From assembly GCA_013265495.1 (NCBI GenBank), contig MU058769.1, forward strand, positions 84,477 to 148,476: a stretch of 64,000 nucleotides of DNA. Reading direction: 5' to 3'. The first letter of the stretch is position 1. The number at the start of each line of letters is the position of its first letter. This DNA comes from Vicugna vicugna (taxonomy: Eukaryota). Under the pieces are notes generated by a model. The model did no database searches. It worked only from the letters and a program-made list of their open reading frames with translations, and was not told the DNA's origin. A program made the translations under genes and the position numbers. This document shows, piece after piece, positions 40,191-53,579 of this stretch.

Positions 40191-41730
40191 CTTCCAAGGC
40201 AACAGAAATAAGAGCAAAGATAAACAAATGGTATCTAATCAAATGTACACACTTTTGCATAGCAAAGGAGCCATCAACAAAATGAAAAGACAACTGAGGG
40301 ACTGGGAGAAAATATTTGCAAATGATGCAACCAATAAGAGCTTAATTTCCAGAATATACAAACAGCGCGTACAACTCAATAACAAAAAACCAAACAACCC
40401 AATTAAAAATGGGCAGAAGATTTAAACAGACATTTCTCCAAAGAAGACATAGAGATGGCCAATAGACACATGAAAAGATGCTCAATGTCGCTAATTATCA
40501 GAGAAATGTAAATCAAAACTATAATGATGTATTACCTTACACCACTCAGAACAGCCATCATTAAAAAGTCCACAAATGATAGATGCTGGAGATGGTGTGG
40601 AGAAAAGGCATCCTCCTACACTGTTGGTAGGAATGCAAATTGGTGCAGCCACTATGGAAAACATATGGAGATTCCTTAAAAACTAAAAATAGAGTTTCAG
40701 TATGATTCAGCAATCCTACTCCTGGGCGTATATCCAGAAAATATGAAAAGTTTAATTCGAAAAGATACTTGCACCACAATGTTCACAGCAGCACTATTCA
40801 CAATAACCAAGACATGGGAGCAACCTAAATGTCCACTGACAAATGAATGGATAAAGATGACGTGGTGTGTGTGTGTGTGTAGTATACACACATGTGTGCG
40901 GGTGCAAGTGTGCACTCGCAATGGAATATTACTCAGCCATAAAAAATGAAATATTGCCATTTGCAGCAACATGGATGGACCTCGAGATTATCATACTAAG
41001 TGAAGTAAGTCAGACAGAGAAAGACAAATATTATATGATATTACTTATATAATAGAATCTAAAATATGATACAAATGAATGTATTTACAAAACAGAAAGA
41101 CTCACAGTCACAGAAAACAAATTTATGGTTACCAAAAGGGAAAGGTGTGGGGAGGGATACACTAGGAGTTTGACACTAGCAGGTACAAACTACTGTATAT
41201 AAACTAGATAAACAACAAAGATTTACGTATAGTACAGGGAACTATATTCAATATCTTTTTTAACACTTTTTATTGATTTATAATCATTTTACAATATTGT
41301 GTCAAATTCCAGTGTAGAGCACAATTTTTCAGTTATACATGAACATATATATATTCATTGTCACATTTTTTTCTCTGTGAGCTACCATGAGGTCTTGTGT
41401 ATATTTCCCTGTGCTGTACAGCATAATCTTGTTCATCTATTCTACAATTTTGAAATCCCATCTATCCCTTCCCACCCTCTGCCCCCTTGGCAACCACAAG
41501 TTTGTATTCTATGTCTATGAGTCTATTTCTGTTTTGTATTTATGCTTTGTTTGTTTGTTTGTTTTTAGATTCCACATATGAGCGATCTCATATGGTATTT
41601 TTATAATAAACCATAATGGAAAAGAATATGAAAAAGAATATCTCTCTCTTTATATATAATTCAATCACTCTGCTGTACACTAGAAACTAACAAAACATTG
41701 TAAATCAACTATACTTCAATAAAAAATAAT
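40191..41730 (+). mobile_element. 5'-truncated L1 (ORF2 3' end + 3'UTR) with a younger antisense L1 tail nested at about 41256-41602
   Basis: DWEKIFAN... and MFTAALFTITKTW... peptides, aataaa/A tail. The inner segment is an antisense copy of the tail family seen at 56040-56380. Confidence 0.9.
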
Positions 41731-43234
41731 TTTTAGTTTTAAAAATCAAAATAGTATACACATACACAGTAAAAAAATTCAATTAAGACTTAAAAGCTTA
41801 ACAATGGAAAAAACAGCAGTTCCCCCACCTTCACTGCTGCTCCTTACAGGCAAATGCTTTCAACTTTTGGCTGTTTCTTCTGGTATTTGCCACTGTATTT
41901 CTAAATAACATACTTATTCTTGGTTTACTAATTTCAGACATTCTCAGTTAACTTCCTGTTTGGGTAAATGAGAATTTAGCTTTTTTACACCACTTTTCTG
42001 ACCATTTCCTATCCGTATATTTCTAATATAATTTTAATCACATTTCAGTAAATAGTGTTTGCATTGTTAGTATGAGAATATTGTTTACAGTTTAGTTAAT
42101 TATTAGTACTAATAATTTTTTGTTTTTCTTGGAGTTATCACTTTGATTTTTTATTCATATAATTTTTACTTATTTTTTTTCAGCTTTTCTCTCTGGTGTT
42201 AGAACACTATCAGTAATATTTTCTCGACAGTTAAATAGAGCATAGAATTACCCACTGCATGTCAACTGATCCAATATAGGATCACACTGATTTTTCATGT
42301 CCCTGTACTCCGACTTAGTCTATAATAGTTTCTTAACTTAAAAAATCTCTTATGCTTTGGACATTTTTGAAGAATATAGGCCAGTTATTCTGCAAAGTGG
42401 CCTTCGATTTGGATTGTATGACCTGCTCTCATGATCAGATTCAGGTTACGCATTTTGGCAGAAACGCCACAGAAGTGATAAGAGTGTCCCTCTCAGGGCA
42501 TTACATCAGTAGGCACAGAATGCAAGTTTATCTCATTGTTGGTGATGTTAAGTTAGAACCCTTGGTTAAAGTAGAGTCTGCCAAGTTTTTCTACTGTACG
42601 GTTAATATGTTTTCCTTTGTAATAAGAAGTAACTTGTGAGGATATTTTGATGTTATATGGATGTCTTGTTCCTCATTAAACTTTTACCTACTAATTTTAG
42701 AATTATTAAATAGTTCTTTTTAAAATCAGTTATTACTGTGATGGTTCCAAATGGTGATTTTTAACTCTATCACTTCATTTGCATTTACAAGTTGAAATTT
42801 CCATCTCCTTTTAAAAAATTATTATTAAGAATGGAGTCATGGATTCTTATTTTATTCAATTGGTTATAAACTATTTCTATCATTAAATGCTTCATATTTT
42901 TATAATTCCTATGCCTACTGCACTAAAAAAAATCCAATCTACTATTTGAAGATCAATATTTACTTGTGGTTCTTTTTGCCTTTAAGCTGAAAATATATAT
43001 AGAACTTCCAAAATTAGGTCTTTTCTTCCCATTCAGTGTGTTTTTATTATTTATTTGAAATATAGTTTGGTTCATTTTATTTGTTAGTATTTAATTTGGC
43101 CTCCTCCCCTGCTCCCACATTCTTATTGATTTAATTTTATTCTTTGAATATATAAAACATAAACATGATTCTAAAGTCCAACCTAAATTATTTTGAAGAA
43201 ATCTCAGGCATCATATAGGGACTGTAGTTTTTCA

Positions 43235-45060
43235 AATGTTACCATTTGCAATAGCAACTATAAAAAATAAGGTGCCTAGGAATAAATCTAACAAAAGATA
43301 TGTAATACCTTCACATAGAAAATTATAAAATTTTATTGCAAGGCACTAAAGAAGACCTAAGTTAATGTAAAAACATACAATATTCATGAATAGGTATTCT
43401 CAATATCAGAAAAAGATATATCAACTTTCCCCCGAATACTTTATGAATAATTCCAATCCAGTCAAAATCCCAACAGCATTTTTATTCAAATTGAGAAGCT
43501 GGTTTTTAAATTTAATTGGAAGAGCAAAAGGGCATGCAGAACCAAGAGAATTTTGATAAACAAGGTGAGAGAAACTTGCCTCTTCAAGCATTAAGACTTA
43601 CTATAAAACTGTAATAATATAAACAAATAGATGGAAAGTAAAGATAGACAGATGGAAAGAACAGAGTGGAGAGCTGAGAGACATGTGGAACTAGATCTAA
43701 CAGTGGTATCATAAGGATGTAGTGGGGAAACAATTCAATAATGGTGATGAGACAACTGTTTTTTCCTATGGAGAAGAATAAAATTAGACCCTTACCCCAT
43801 CCCACACACGAAAATGGATTCCAGAGGAACAAATACCTAAATGTGAAAAGCAAAACTTTAAACCTATCAAAATAAAACGCTGCAAACATATTTACTTACG
43901 TCTTTGGGATAAGCAAGTCTCTAAACAAGATACACACACAAAAACACAATCATAAAGGAAGAGTATTAAGTCTGACTACAGTAAAATTAAGGACTTCTCT
44001 ACATCAAATACACTCCTTACGGAGGTCAAAAGACAAGCCACCAGTTGTGAGATATGTTAACACCAGAGACAACCACAAATTTTAATAAGAATAGAAATAA
44101 CTCCTCAAAATTTGTAAGCAAAAGAAACCTTGGTAGAAAAAATGGATAGAGGAAAAGAAAATCTAAATCACCAATAAACATACAAAATAGGCTCTTCTTA
44201 GGGGGTATATCTCAGTAGTAGAGCATTTGACTGCAAAATGTGCTCATTTTAACTAGTAATTGGAGAAATGCAAAGTAAATCCACAGTGAGATACAGTTTC
44301 ACATTCGTCATACTGCCCAAAATTAAAACGTCAGCTAACACCAAGAGTGAAGCTGTAGATCAATGGGAGACCATACACTTCTGGTGCAAGAGTGAATTTG
44401 TACAATCATTTTGGTGAGCCATTTGGGAAATATCTGATAAAGCTGAAACACATTTGCCCTATGACCCAACAATTCCACTCCCAGATACAGATCATTAATA
44501 TCATACATGTACAAAAGGAGACCTGTACAAGAATCTTCATCACCCTACTGTCTGAATCATGATAAACTGGAAAGAACCTATCTGTCCATTCACAGGAGAA
44601 TGGATGAACTGTAGTATGTTCATATAATGGTTAGTCAGCATGTCTACATCTATCTGTCTAGCTAGCTAATTACCCACCCATCCGTCCATTTGATGGCTAC
44701 TGTGAACAAAATTAAGCTACATGTATTAACGTGGGTAAACTTTAAGAACACAATGACAGAAAAAAATAAGTTGCAGAAGATATGAATAGTGGTATGATAT
44801 CTTCTGTTTAAAGTATCAAAACTTACAGAAAGTCCTATATATTGTTTATGGATAAATCTACATAATAAAAGTACTAAAGAGTTTATGAGAATAATAAACA
44901 CCAAATTCCTGATGGTAATAATCTTTGATGATTTAGGAAGAGTATATTGGAGATGTCAGTTGAAATAATACTGTTGCATTTCTTAAGTTGGGTGTTAGAT
45001 ACACAGGTGCAGGTATTAATTAATGCTTACACTATTTTGTAATAATAAAAATTAAATCTA
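43235..45060 (+). mobile_element. Old L1M ORF2/3' fragment
   Basis: cctaggaataaatctaacaaaagat..., attccactcccagata..., a degenerate L1 3' region. Confidence 0.8.
44201..44235 (+). pseudogene. Tailless 5' half tRNA-Cys(GCA) retrocopy
   Basis: GGGGGTATATCTCAGTAGTAGAGCATTTGACTGCA matches the tRNA-Cys 5' half with 2 mismatches and ends at the anticodon. Flanked by a degenerate direct repeat caaaataggctcttctta / caaaatgtgctcatttta. Confidence 0.85.
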
Positions 45061-45846
45061 AAAACGCCATAATCTGTGTAATCTCGAAGTGTAGGAATGA
45101 CCTCTTTAAATACCTATTACTATGCCCTGTGTATAGTAAATAGTAAAAAACACTTGTTGAACGTAAAAAATAAACCATAGTTTTTCAATAAAGTAGTAAT
45201 TTTTATCTGTCTTGCTATGTTCTTCTTAGTGGATGTTGCTGGAAATTTAATTGCAGCCAGACACTGTTTTGAAAGATTTGTTCAAGTAGATCACTAACAA
45301 GAAGACCGGTTTATCCTGTCAAATGATGTAAATGAAGTGTAGAATGTTTAGAGGGCAGCAGCATTACTAAATAGCTTAGTCCTTGGGAAAGAAATCATCA
45401 ATAAATGTGTCAGTAAAATTTTAATCTCTAGGACCTTGCAAGTAGTAGTTATTAAATAAATATTTGCTGAATGCAGCAAATACAGGACATATAAAATTAT
45501 GTAACATGTAAATGCTGTTTTTCTGATGCTTTGGGAGGGAGGTTTTCTTGAGAAGTTAGCAATCCTAGGAACGAGAGTCAGAATTTAAATTGCTGACTGG
45601 AACACAAAAAAGTGAGGGAGCTCTATGCACATTTAGGAGTTTTATTCCATAGACTAGACAGTTTTGCAATGCTAGAAGCCTCTAAACATTCACTTAGATC
45701 TGCTGGACAGGATAAACGAAATATTGATCTTCCTGTTAATGAATTACTTGAGCAAAATCTCCAAATCATTAACTTCTTATCTACATGGAAGGCTGCATCT
45801 GAGATACATACATTATTCAGCAAAAAATATAGAATAGCATATATAG

Positions 45847-46331
45847 TGTTGGGAAAGGGAAAATTTCTCTTACGCCCTCCCTTCTTTGGTTCTTTTTGGC
45901 TGGTCAAATGGTTAAAATGACACGAGACAGATTAACTGGGGAAAACTGGATTTAATTTCGTAAGTATGGGAACCCCAGAGACATGAGAGGGTCAGACAGG
46001 AAAGTAAAAGGAGGCAGATATGCCATCCTGACCTAAGGAATGAGCTAGGGGCCTCACACTTCCAAGGACAGCGGTCATTCATAGGATGGTTAGAAGAGCA
46101 GATGTTTAGTAATTAGATGTTTTCTTTGCCATATACGTGGGGCCACTTAGATAAAAGTTGTATCTGGCAATAACTCTTTTTTTTTTTCCCTGGGAAAAAA
46201 ATCCCCAATTTAAATTCTTCTAGGTAGTTAAGGGAGGAGCAATAGTTATCTTGAGCCCAAAAGGCCTCCATTGCCTTTAGCTCAAAATAATCCACATGCC
46301 ATTTTGGGGAGGCCTATTCTGAACTCCTGTA
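45847..46331 (-). mobile_element. ERV solo LTR
   Basis: TGTT...TGTA termini with perfect 4-bp TSD atag (45843-45846 and 46332-46335). Confidence 0.75.
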
Positions 46332-47075
46332 ATAGTATGAAACATACGTAAAAATAAATATATGTGCATACACTACATGCAAGCTTGTGGGGTGTGTATT
46401 TGTGTGTGTGTGTGTGCGAGAAATAATCCCAAACATTGACGTTTATCTCAGAGATGGGTTAGGGGGTGGACCTACACTTTCTGCATTGTACATTTTTATA
46501 ATGTTTGAGTTTTCTGTAACTTATATTGTGTTTATGGTGGGAGGATATTTATATTTAACACATTCCTGGCAGGCCAGAAAGCCAGTCTGCTAATCAGTGT
46601 GGTGGGGCTTTGTTCCTAGGGAACAGGGGAAAGACACTTGGAGTAGACGATGGGATGGTGGTTGGGGAGATTATAGTAATTTAAGGGCCAGCTTGATGCT
46701 CTTACCACCTGTACAGCTTCTTATTGCAAGAGGAGCAAATATAGTCATAAGCAGTTCTACTCAAATCTATTCTCAAAATAATATTTTTTCTAAATGTAAT
46801 AATATAGGTCTGTAAATAATAAAGCATAAAATATTCTTTATATTGATTATTTAAACATTAAAATGGCCTAACCAGAATTCTTATTTTTGGAACTTACTCC
46901 CATTCTTTAATCAGCATATCAGCTGTATCTGTCTCTACTGAATCACTGGAATTGTTTTTGAAGAATATATTTTTTCCATATGGTCTTATTATTTTAAACT
47001 TTTCATAAAATTGCACATAATTGGTCAATGAATTTGAAATTGTTGAGAAACATTGACTTCTGTAGTCCAGAATAT

Positions 47076-48013
47076 ATTTTTTAAAAATTTTTCTTTATTT
47101 AGCTATAGTTGATTTAAAATACTTTGATAATTTCAGGTGTACAGCTTCAGATTCTTTTCCATTATAGATTATTATAAGATATTGAATATAGTTCCATGTG
47201 CTAGACAGTAAATCCTTGTTGTTTATCTATTTTATATATAGTGGTATGTATCTGTTAATCCTATATTCCTAATTTATCCCTCCCCTTCCCACTTCCCCTT
47301 TGGTAACCATAGGTTTGTTTTCTATGTCTGTGAGTCTCTTTCTGTTTTGTAAATAAGTTCATTTGTATCTTTTTTAGATTCCACATATAAGTGATACCAT
47401 ATATTTGTCTTTCTCTGCCTGACTTACTTCACTTAATATAATAATTTCTATATTCATCCATGGTCCTGTAAATGGCATTATTTCATTTCTTTTTATGGCT
47501 GAATAATAGTCCATTGTGGTGTATGTGTGTGTGTGAATTTCTGGTGTACAGCATAATGCTTCAGTCATACATGAACATACATATATTCACTTTCATATTC
47601 AAAAGCAAGACACACACACACACACACACACACACCACATCTTCTTTATCCAGTCATCTGTTGATGGACATTTAGGTTGTTTCCATGCCTTGGCTATTAT
47701 GAATAGTGCTGATATGAACATCGGTGTGGGTGCATCTTTCCAAATTAGAGTTTTCATTTTTTCTGGATATATGCCCAGGAGTGGGATTATTGGATCTTAT
47801 GGCAGCTCTGTTTTTAGTTTTTTAAGGAAACTCCATGCTGTTTTCCACAGTGGCTGCATCAATTTACATTCCCCTGACAGTGTCAGAGTGTTCCCTTTTC
47901 TCCACAGCCTCGCCTGCACATTATTTGTGACTTTTTGATGATGGCTATCCTAACCAGTGTGAGGTGATACCTGGTTGTAGTTCTGATTTGCATTTCTCTG
48001 ATAATTAGTGATG
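47076..48013 (-). mobile_element. L1 3' fragment inserted into the hAT fossil
   Basis: L1 3' end in antisense. TSD tgtagtccagaatat (47061-47075) / tgtagttcataatat (48014-48028). Confidence 0.88.
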
Positions 48014-49297
48014 TGTAGTTCATAATATTGAGAGAATACTTTCTCTATAGGTGCTGAATAACTTTGGAGGAAATTCTACTAAATGGAACCTATTTTCAAT
48101 TTTTTTTGGTATTGAAAAGTATATTATTTCAGCCTAAATATGTTCATATATACTTCTTTCGGGCTACATTCAAAAACTATTTTTGACAAAAAACTTGCCT
48201 CTATGGTTCCACCAAATCTAGATGCTGCAAAATCATAACCTTCTCAATTTTTTCCATTCCAGTGCAGAATATAAGTTAATCCATTAAAATTGGAATTCCA
48301 TAAAAGATTCATCCCATAAATTCATAGAGTCCAAAATATAATTATGGAATATAGATTTTCAAAAGTAAACCTTATACACTGTTTGGATTCTTACTTTTAA
48401 CTTGTTCTGTTCCTCTCTTGTTTTGCAGGGATGAGTTTAAATGTTTTGCTTTTGAATATGAAAACGAATATATGTATGTTCATGTATGACTGAAGCATTG
48501 TGCTGTACACCAGAAATTGACACAACATTGAAAACTGACTATACTTCAAATAAAAACATATATATACAAAAAAAGTCTTGCTCTTTACAGTGTTTTCAAT
48601 AGCTGCAGTTTACTAAATGCTTTAATAACACTCTTCCATTTGTTGAATATTGAGTACAGATTTCCAACTGTTTTTTGAACAAAATTCAATAAAATTGAAA
48701 AGACTCATTTTTAAAAAAGCAAAAAATTTAGGGCACAGACTGATTTGCAAGGTAGTTCCTTTTTTTTTTTTTACAAGGTAGTTCTTCAAAAGCTCACACA
48801 TCTCTCAAATCTAATCAGTGGCAGGCAGGAAAGAGAAGAAGGGTGTCCTGCTGTACTAAAGTATTTTTTTAAAACTGTCTTATTGAGATATAATTTACAT
48901 ACCATAAAATTCACTCCGAGTGTACACTTCAGTATATTCACAGAGCTATGTAACTATTTCCAGTGCCTAATTTCAGAACATTATCATCACCCTAAAAAGA
49001 AAACCTATACCCATTCAAAGTTATTTATTTCCTTTAATTTTTAACATTATTTTTTACTGTGAAATACAATGCACAAAGAAATGCATAATCATATACGTAG
49101 AATTTAATAAATAATTATGAAGTGAATACGCTTGTAACTCCCACTTTGATCAATGTATGGAACACTGGCCACCTGGGTGTACACCTTCCTCATTTGATGG
49201 TCTAGTGGTAAATGATATGGCAATAAGTCTATTTAACATCTGTCACCATACATAGCTACAAAATTTTTTTCTTGCAATGAGAACTTCAAGATCTATT

Positions 49298-49423
49298 CAT
49301 TTATTTATTTATATTTCGTGAGGTTTACTTATTTATTTATTTTTAGAGGAGGTACTGGGGATTGAACCCAGGACCCTGTGCATGCTAAGCATGCGCTCTA
49401 CCACTTGAGCTATACCCACCCCC
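49298..49423 (-). mobile_element. vic-1-like SINE nested in an L1 fragment
   Basis: gtactggggattgaaccc...gagctatacc; TSD caagatctattc / caagatgtactc. Confidence 0.88.
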
Positions 49424-50749
49424 ACAAGATGTACTCTTTAGCAACTTTCAAATATACGATACAGTATTATTAACAATGGTCACTATACTGTATATTACAT
49501 CTCCATAACTTATTTTATAATTGGATGTTTGCATCTTTTGACCCTCTTCACCCATTTCACCCATCTCCACTCGCTACCTCTGGCTACCATCAATCTGTTC
49601 TCTGTATTCATGAGCTCATTTATTTTGTTCTATTTTTTTAAAAAAAGTTCCACATACAAGTGAGATCATGACTGTATTTCTAAAAAATATGGTCTTATTT
49701 TGCCTATTTCGCTTCTTATATATTGTGTTTTTTTGATCAGCATTATGCTTACAAGATTTGCCTGTAGTGTTGTACATGGAAATAGTTTGTTCATTTTCGT
49801 TAGTGTGTATTCAAACACATGAGGATTTTCTGACAATCATTTACTTATTGATTTGTAGAACAACGATCTTTAGGTCAGAGAACTTCATCAGCAGAGGACT
49901 TTGATATTTGCTGAGATTTGTTTTATATGGCCTATGTAGTTAATTTTTTTACAAAGCATTTATTTTTTAATATCAGTTTTGCCACAACACAATTTTATAG
50001 TTCAATTATTCTTTATATAAATTAAAACATTTATAAATTTTGAAAGATATAACTTCCAGTTTGAATAGGTAGAAGGTCACAGTTTGTTTGGAAGCAGTCA
50101 TTAACATTATGTGTATTGCAACCAAGGCCAAGTACATTTTTTTCCCATAATTTTTGATTCAGAGAGGACTTTGCTCTCATTATGACAGTGTGTTCTATCA
50201 ACTTTTGTATTTGTAACTATTACTGCCCAAACTAATTAACTTTACCTTCAATGTTGAACTTTTAAGTTGAATTTACAGTTACATTTACAATGTCACAAAG
50301 TTTTTTAACTTTGACAGAATTAACTCAAAAACTTTACTTTCGTTTTAATAACTGGATAAAAAACAAAGCATTATTGAAATTAACTCATTTTCTACTTGAG
50401 TCACATGTTAATACTGGCATAAAATGACATTAGCTGTTTATAATGTTTTTCTGCTAAAGGATTTGACACATTAACAACTTTGGCCTCATCACATGTGCAC
50501 AAGAAAAAATTTGAAATCAAAATTGTCATTTGTTCAAAATGAAAAGTGACTCTTCATACAGTGAAATGTAAATGTATCACCTGTAGCTGCAGGTGGCAAA
50601 TCTATGTCTTTGGGTGCAGTCTTCTTAAAACAAGACTAACTTTTGAAGCAGATGGAGATGCTTCTTTTGCCTTCCTGGCTTGGTCAGTGGTATTAGTATG
50701 GCTCCCAGTTGTTAACAAATCTTTGCAAGTTACATTAACTGTTTAATGA

Positions 50750-50830
50750 AATGGAGAAGGTACTGGGGATTGAACCCAGGACCTAGCACATGTTAAGTAT
50801 GCGCTCTAACACTTGAGCTATACCCTCCCC
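50750..50830 (-). mobile_element. vic-1-like SINE head
   Basis: gtactggggattgaacccagg...gagctataccctcccc. Confidence 0.85.
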
Positions 50831-52177
50831 TCTTAATTTTAAATGAAATATGAAATTTTAAAGCTCACTGCTGCCAAAGGTTTAATTGAAAAATAAAAAA
50901 GCAACATCAAACAATAAAATAAGTATTTGTAGATTTGGTGAGGGAGATTAAGAGGTACAAACTCCCAGGTGTGAAATAAATGAGTCACTGGTATGAAATG
51001 TATAGTGTGGGGAATATAATCAATAATAATCAATAATGTCAACTGTACTTTTAACACAAACAAATAAACAAACAAACAAACCTGTAGAAAAAGAAATCAG
51101 ATTTGTGGTTACCAGAGGTGGGGGTGAAGGGGGAATAAGTTGAAGGCAGTCAAACTGTACAGAGTCCTAATTATATGATAAATAAGTACTAGGGATAGAA
51201 TGTACAACACAATAAATACAATTAACTGCTGTATATTATATGTGAAAATTGTTAAGAGAGTAAATCCTAAGAATTCTCACCACAAGGAAAAAAAATTTTT
51301 AAACTTATACAGTGTTGTATGTCAACTGTATCTCAATAAAAGTGAAAAAAAATTTTTTTAAGTTGTAGATTTATACCGTACAAAGTCACTGAGAGCAAGA
51401 GCATTCGGACTCCAGCAGCACCACTCAGTTGGCTTCCTGTACATATTTCAGGTACACTAACCTGCATTCCTCACTGCCCCCTAGACTTACAGCTCAGGAC
51501 TGAGTGCGTCTCACAGGCTTCTCTAGACGTAAGCAACAGCAACCAACTCCAGCTAACTAAACAGAAAGACAACTTATGGGAAGAATTTGCAGGGTGGGTG
51601 GGTACAGCACTGAACGCTAAAAAGCCAGCATTGGAGAAGGATTCTCAGCCCCAAGAACTCCTTGTCAGTTTTGTCAGGGCACCACTCTGAAATAATTTGT
51701 CCCAACCGTCCTTTGCATTTGTACTGCTCTGTACTGCTCACAGTCGAGCGAGCAAGAGAGAGAGAAAGACAGACACAAAGACAGAAGACAGAGAGAGAGG
51801 GATTCCCGCTGGTCTAACTGTGGTGCTGCACCAGTCCCTCGGGTAGAGGAGGGCAAGGAGCTGGGATGTGCACATCCACCGAGTCTGCAGACCATGGGAG
51901 AGGTAACTCCCCGGAAGGAAATCAAGGTGCTGTATTAAAAGAGGAAGACTGGGAAGTCAGAAACCAAATGCCCACCATTTCCAGAACATTCTGTCACATG
52001 GTTTTCTTCTCTGCCTCAGGTCTGCCATCAGTCTCAGTGCTTTCAGCGCTCATGAAGATGATATCTTAGTTTAACATTTTCTTGATCTTCCTAACTTCAG
52101 TGGCCATTTCTATTTCAGGCAACTACAGGTCATAACCTTGTTCTGGATTTTTAACACTCAGGATCATTTCTTCTCTG

Positions 52178-52358
52178 TTTTTTTTTTTTTGAAAGGAGGT
52201 GTAAGAGGGGTAGAGACTTTCCCCCACCTCTCTTTATAACTTTTTTTTTTTGAAGGGGGGTAGGTTTATTTATTTTTTTTTTAAGAAGTACTGAGGATTG
52301 AACCCGGGACCTCATGCATGCTAACCATGTGCTCTACCACTTGGGTTATACCTTTCCC
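52178..52358 (-). mobile_element. vic-1-like SINE with a two-part T-rich tail
   Basis: Head at 52288-52358; tcttctctg on both flanks. Confidence 0.82.
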
Positions 52359-53579
52359 TCTTCTTCTCTGAAATCTTAAACTTCAGTACCAACTTTCTGA
52401 TCACATGGTCCTGTGTTTCCAGAACTCTCCTTTCTATCCTCCCAAATTCTTGTTCTTTGATCTCATGTAGACTGCAGGTTCCTTGACCCTTTTCTCCATA
52501 TGCTCCAATCTGTGAACCTGCTGCTGCCTTCACCTCTTCCCAGGACAGAACAGACACCTGGGTCACTGTTTTAGTCAGTCTCTTGCTACTAAAATATGGA
52601 GTCTGAAGTCTAATACCAAGCTTATTGCAGCAGCTTCTGTGTCCCTAATCAGCTGTCTCCCATTTCCCTATAAGTTTTTTCAAACATTCACCATAGTTCT
52701 CAATGCCCTGAACCCCACAATCTTCTTGTCATACTAAGAGAAAAGTGAGGGTACCAAATGAGAAATCCCTCCATTTCCTGAGTTCCCTGCTGACCAACAT
52801 AACCTCCTTCTCTGCAGTCTGATGCAGTGTCTCTCCTCCTATGTAAGGAGAATTTCTTCTCCTGTGCTGTGAATCCAGTCCTTTCCTGCATCCTTCCTCT
52901 AGCAATTATTCCTTCCCTAGCCTTGTTCTCAACCACTCCTGTCACTGGTTCTTTCCCCAAGTCTAGATACACACTTCCATCTGTGCCATCTTGAAAACAC
53001 TCCCTTTGTACCCTGGTGTCTCTTTCTAGACACCGCCCTGTCTTGCTCTTTCCTTCAAATTCAAATTCTTCAAAAGGAGAAGTTTCTTCTCTCCTTTCTG
53101 ATTTTTCACCCTCATACCCACCTCAGTCTAGTCTAATTCAGCTCTTTTCTTTGCCAGCACCACAGCTGCTCTGGTAACTTCCAAATTAAAAAATTAATGG
53201 ATGCTAATCAGCTTTGGCCTCAACTGACCTTGCTATAGTATTTGTTTCTTGACTGGCCCCTCCTTCCTGAGACTTCTCCTTAACATCACATCTTTAGAAG
53301 TCTCTTTTGAGGAAAGCTCCTTCTTCTGTGTGTCCCCAGGCTCCCCTTACCTCACACCAACCTTGTTCTCCACAAAGAACCAACTTTGTAAACTTCTTTA
53401 TTCAGTTAAAAACTGAACTTCTATTTCTGTGCAATTTCATTTTAGGAGGAAGAGTGATGCATTTTGTTAGAGCAGACAATTTCTTTAGTTGTGCTGGTCT
53501 GAGGACATACTTTACTTCTTATGTATTCTAGTCACTTCTCAGTAGCTATAGGAGCTGAAATGAAAATATAGTGTATACA

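Larger units (their letters stand above)
46900..50740 (-). mobile_element. Fragmented hAT (Blackjack-like) transposase fossil
   Basis: Minus-strand peptides AATGDTFTFHCMKSHFSF (about 50590-50535), FSCAH (about 50505), [10 protein letters not shown] (48057-48028) and FYEKFK...KKIYSS (about 47010-46960). Interrupted by L1s and SINEs. Confidence 0.7.
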
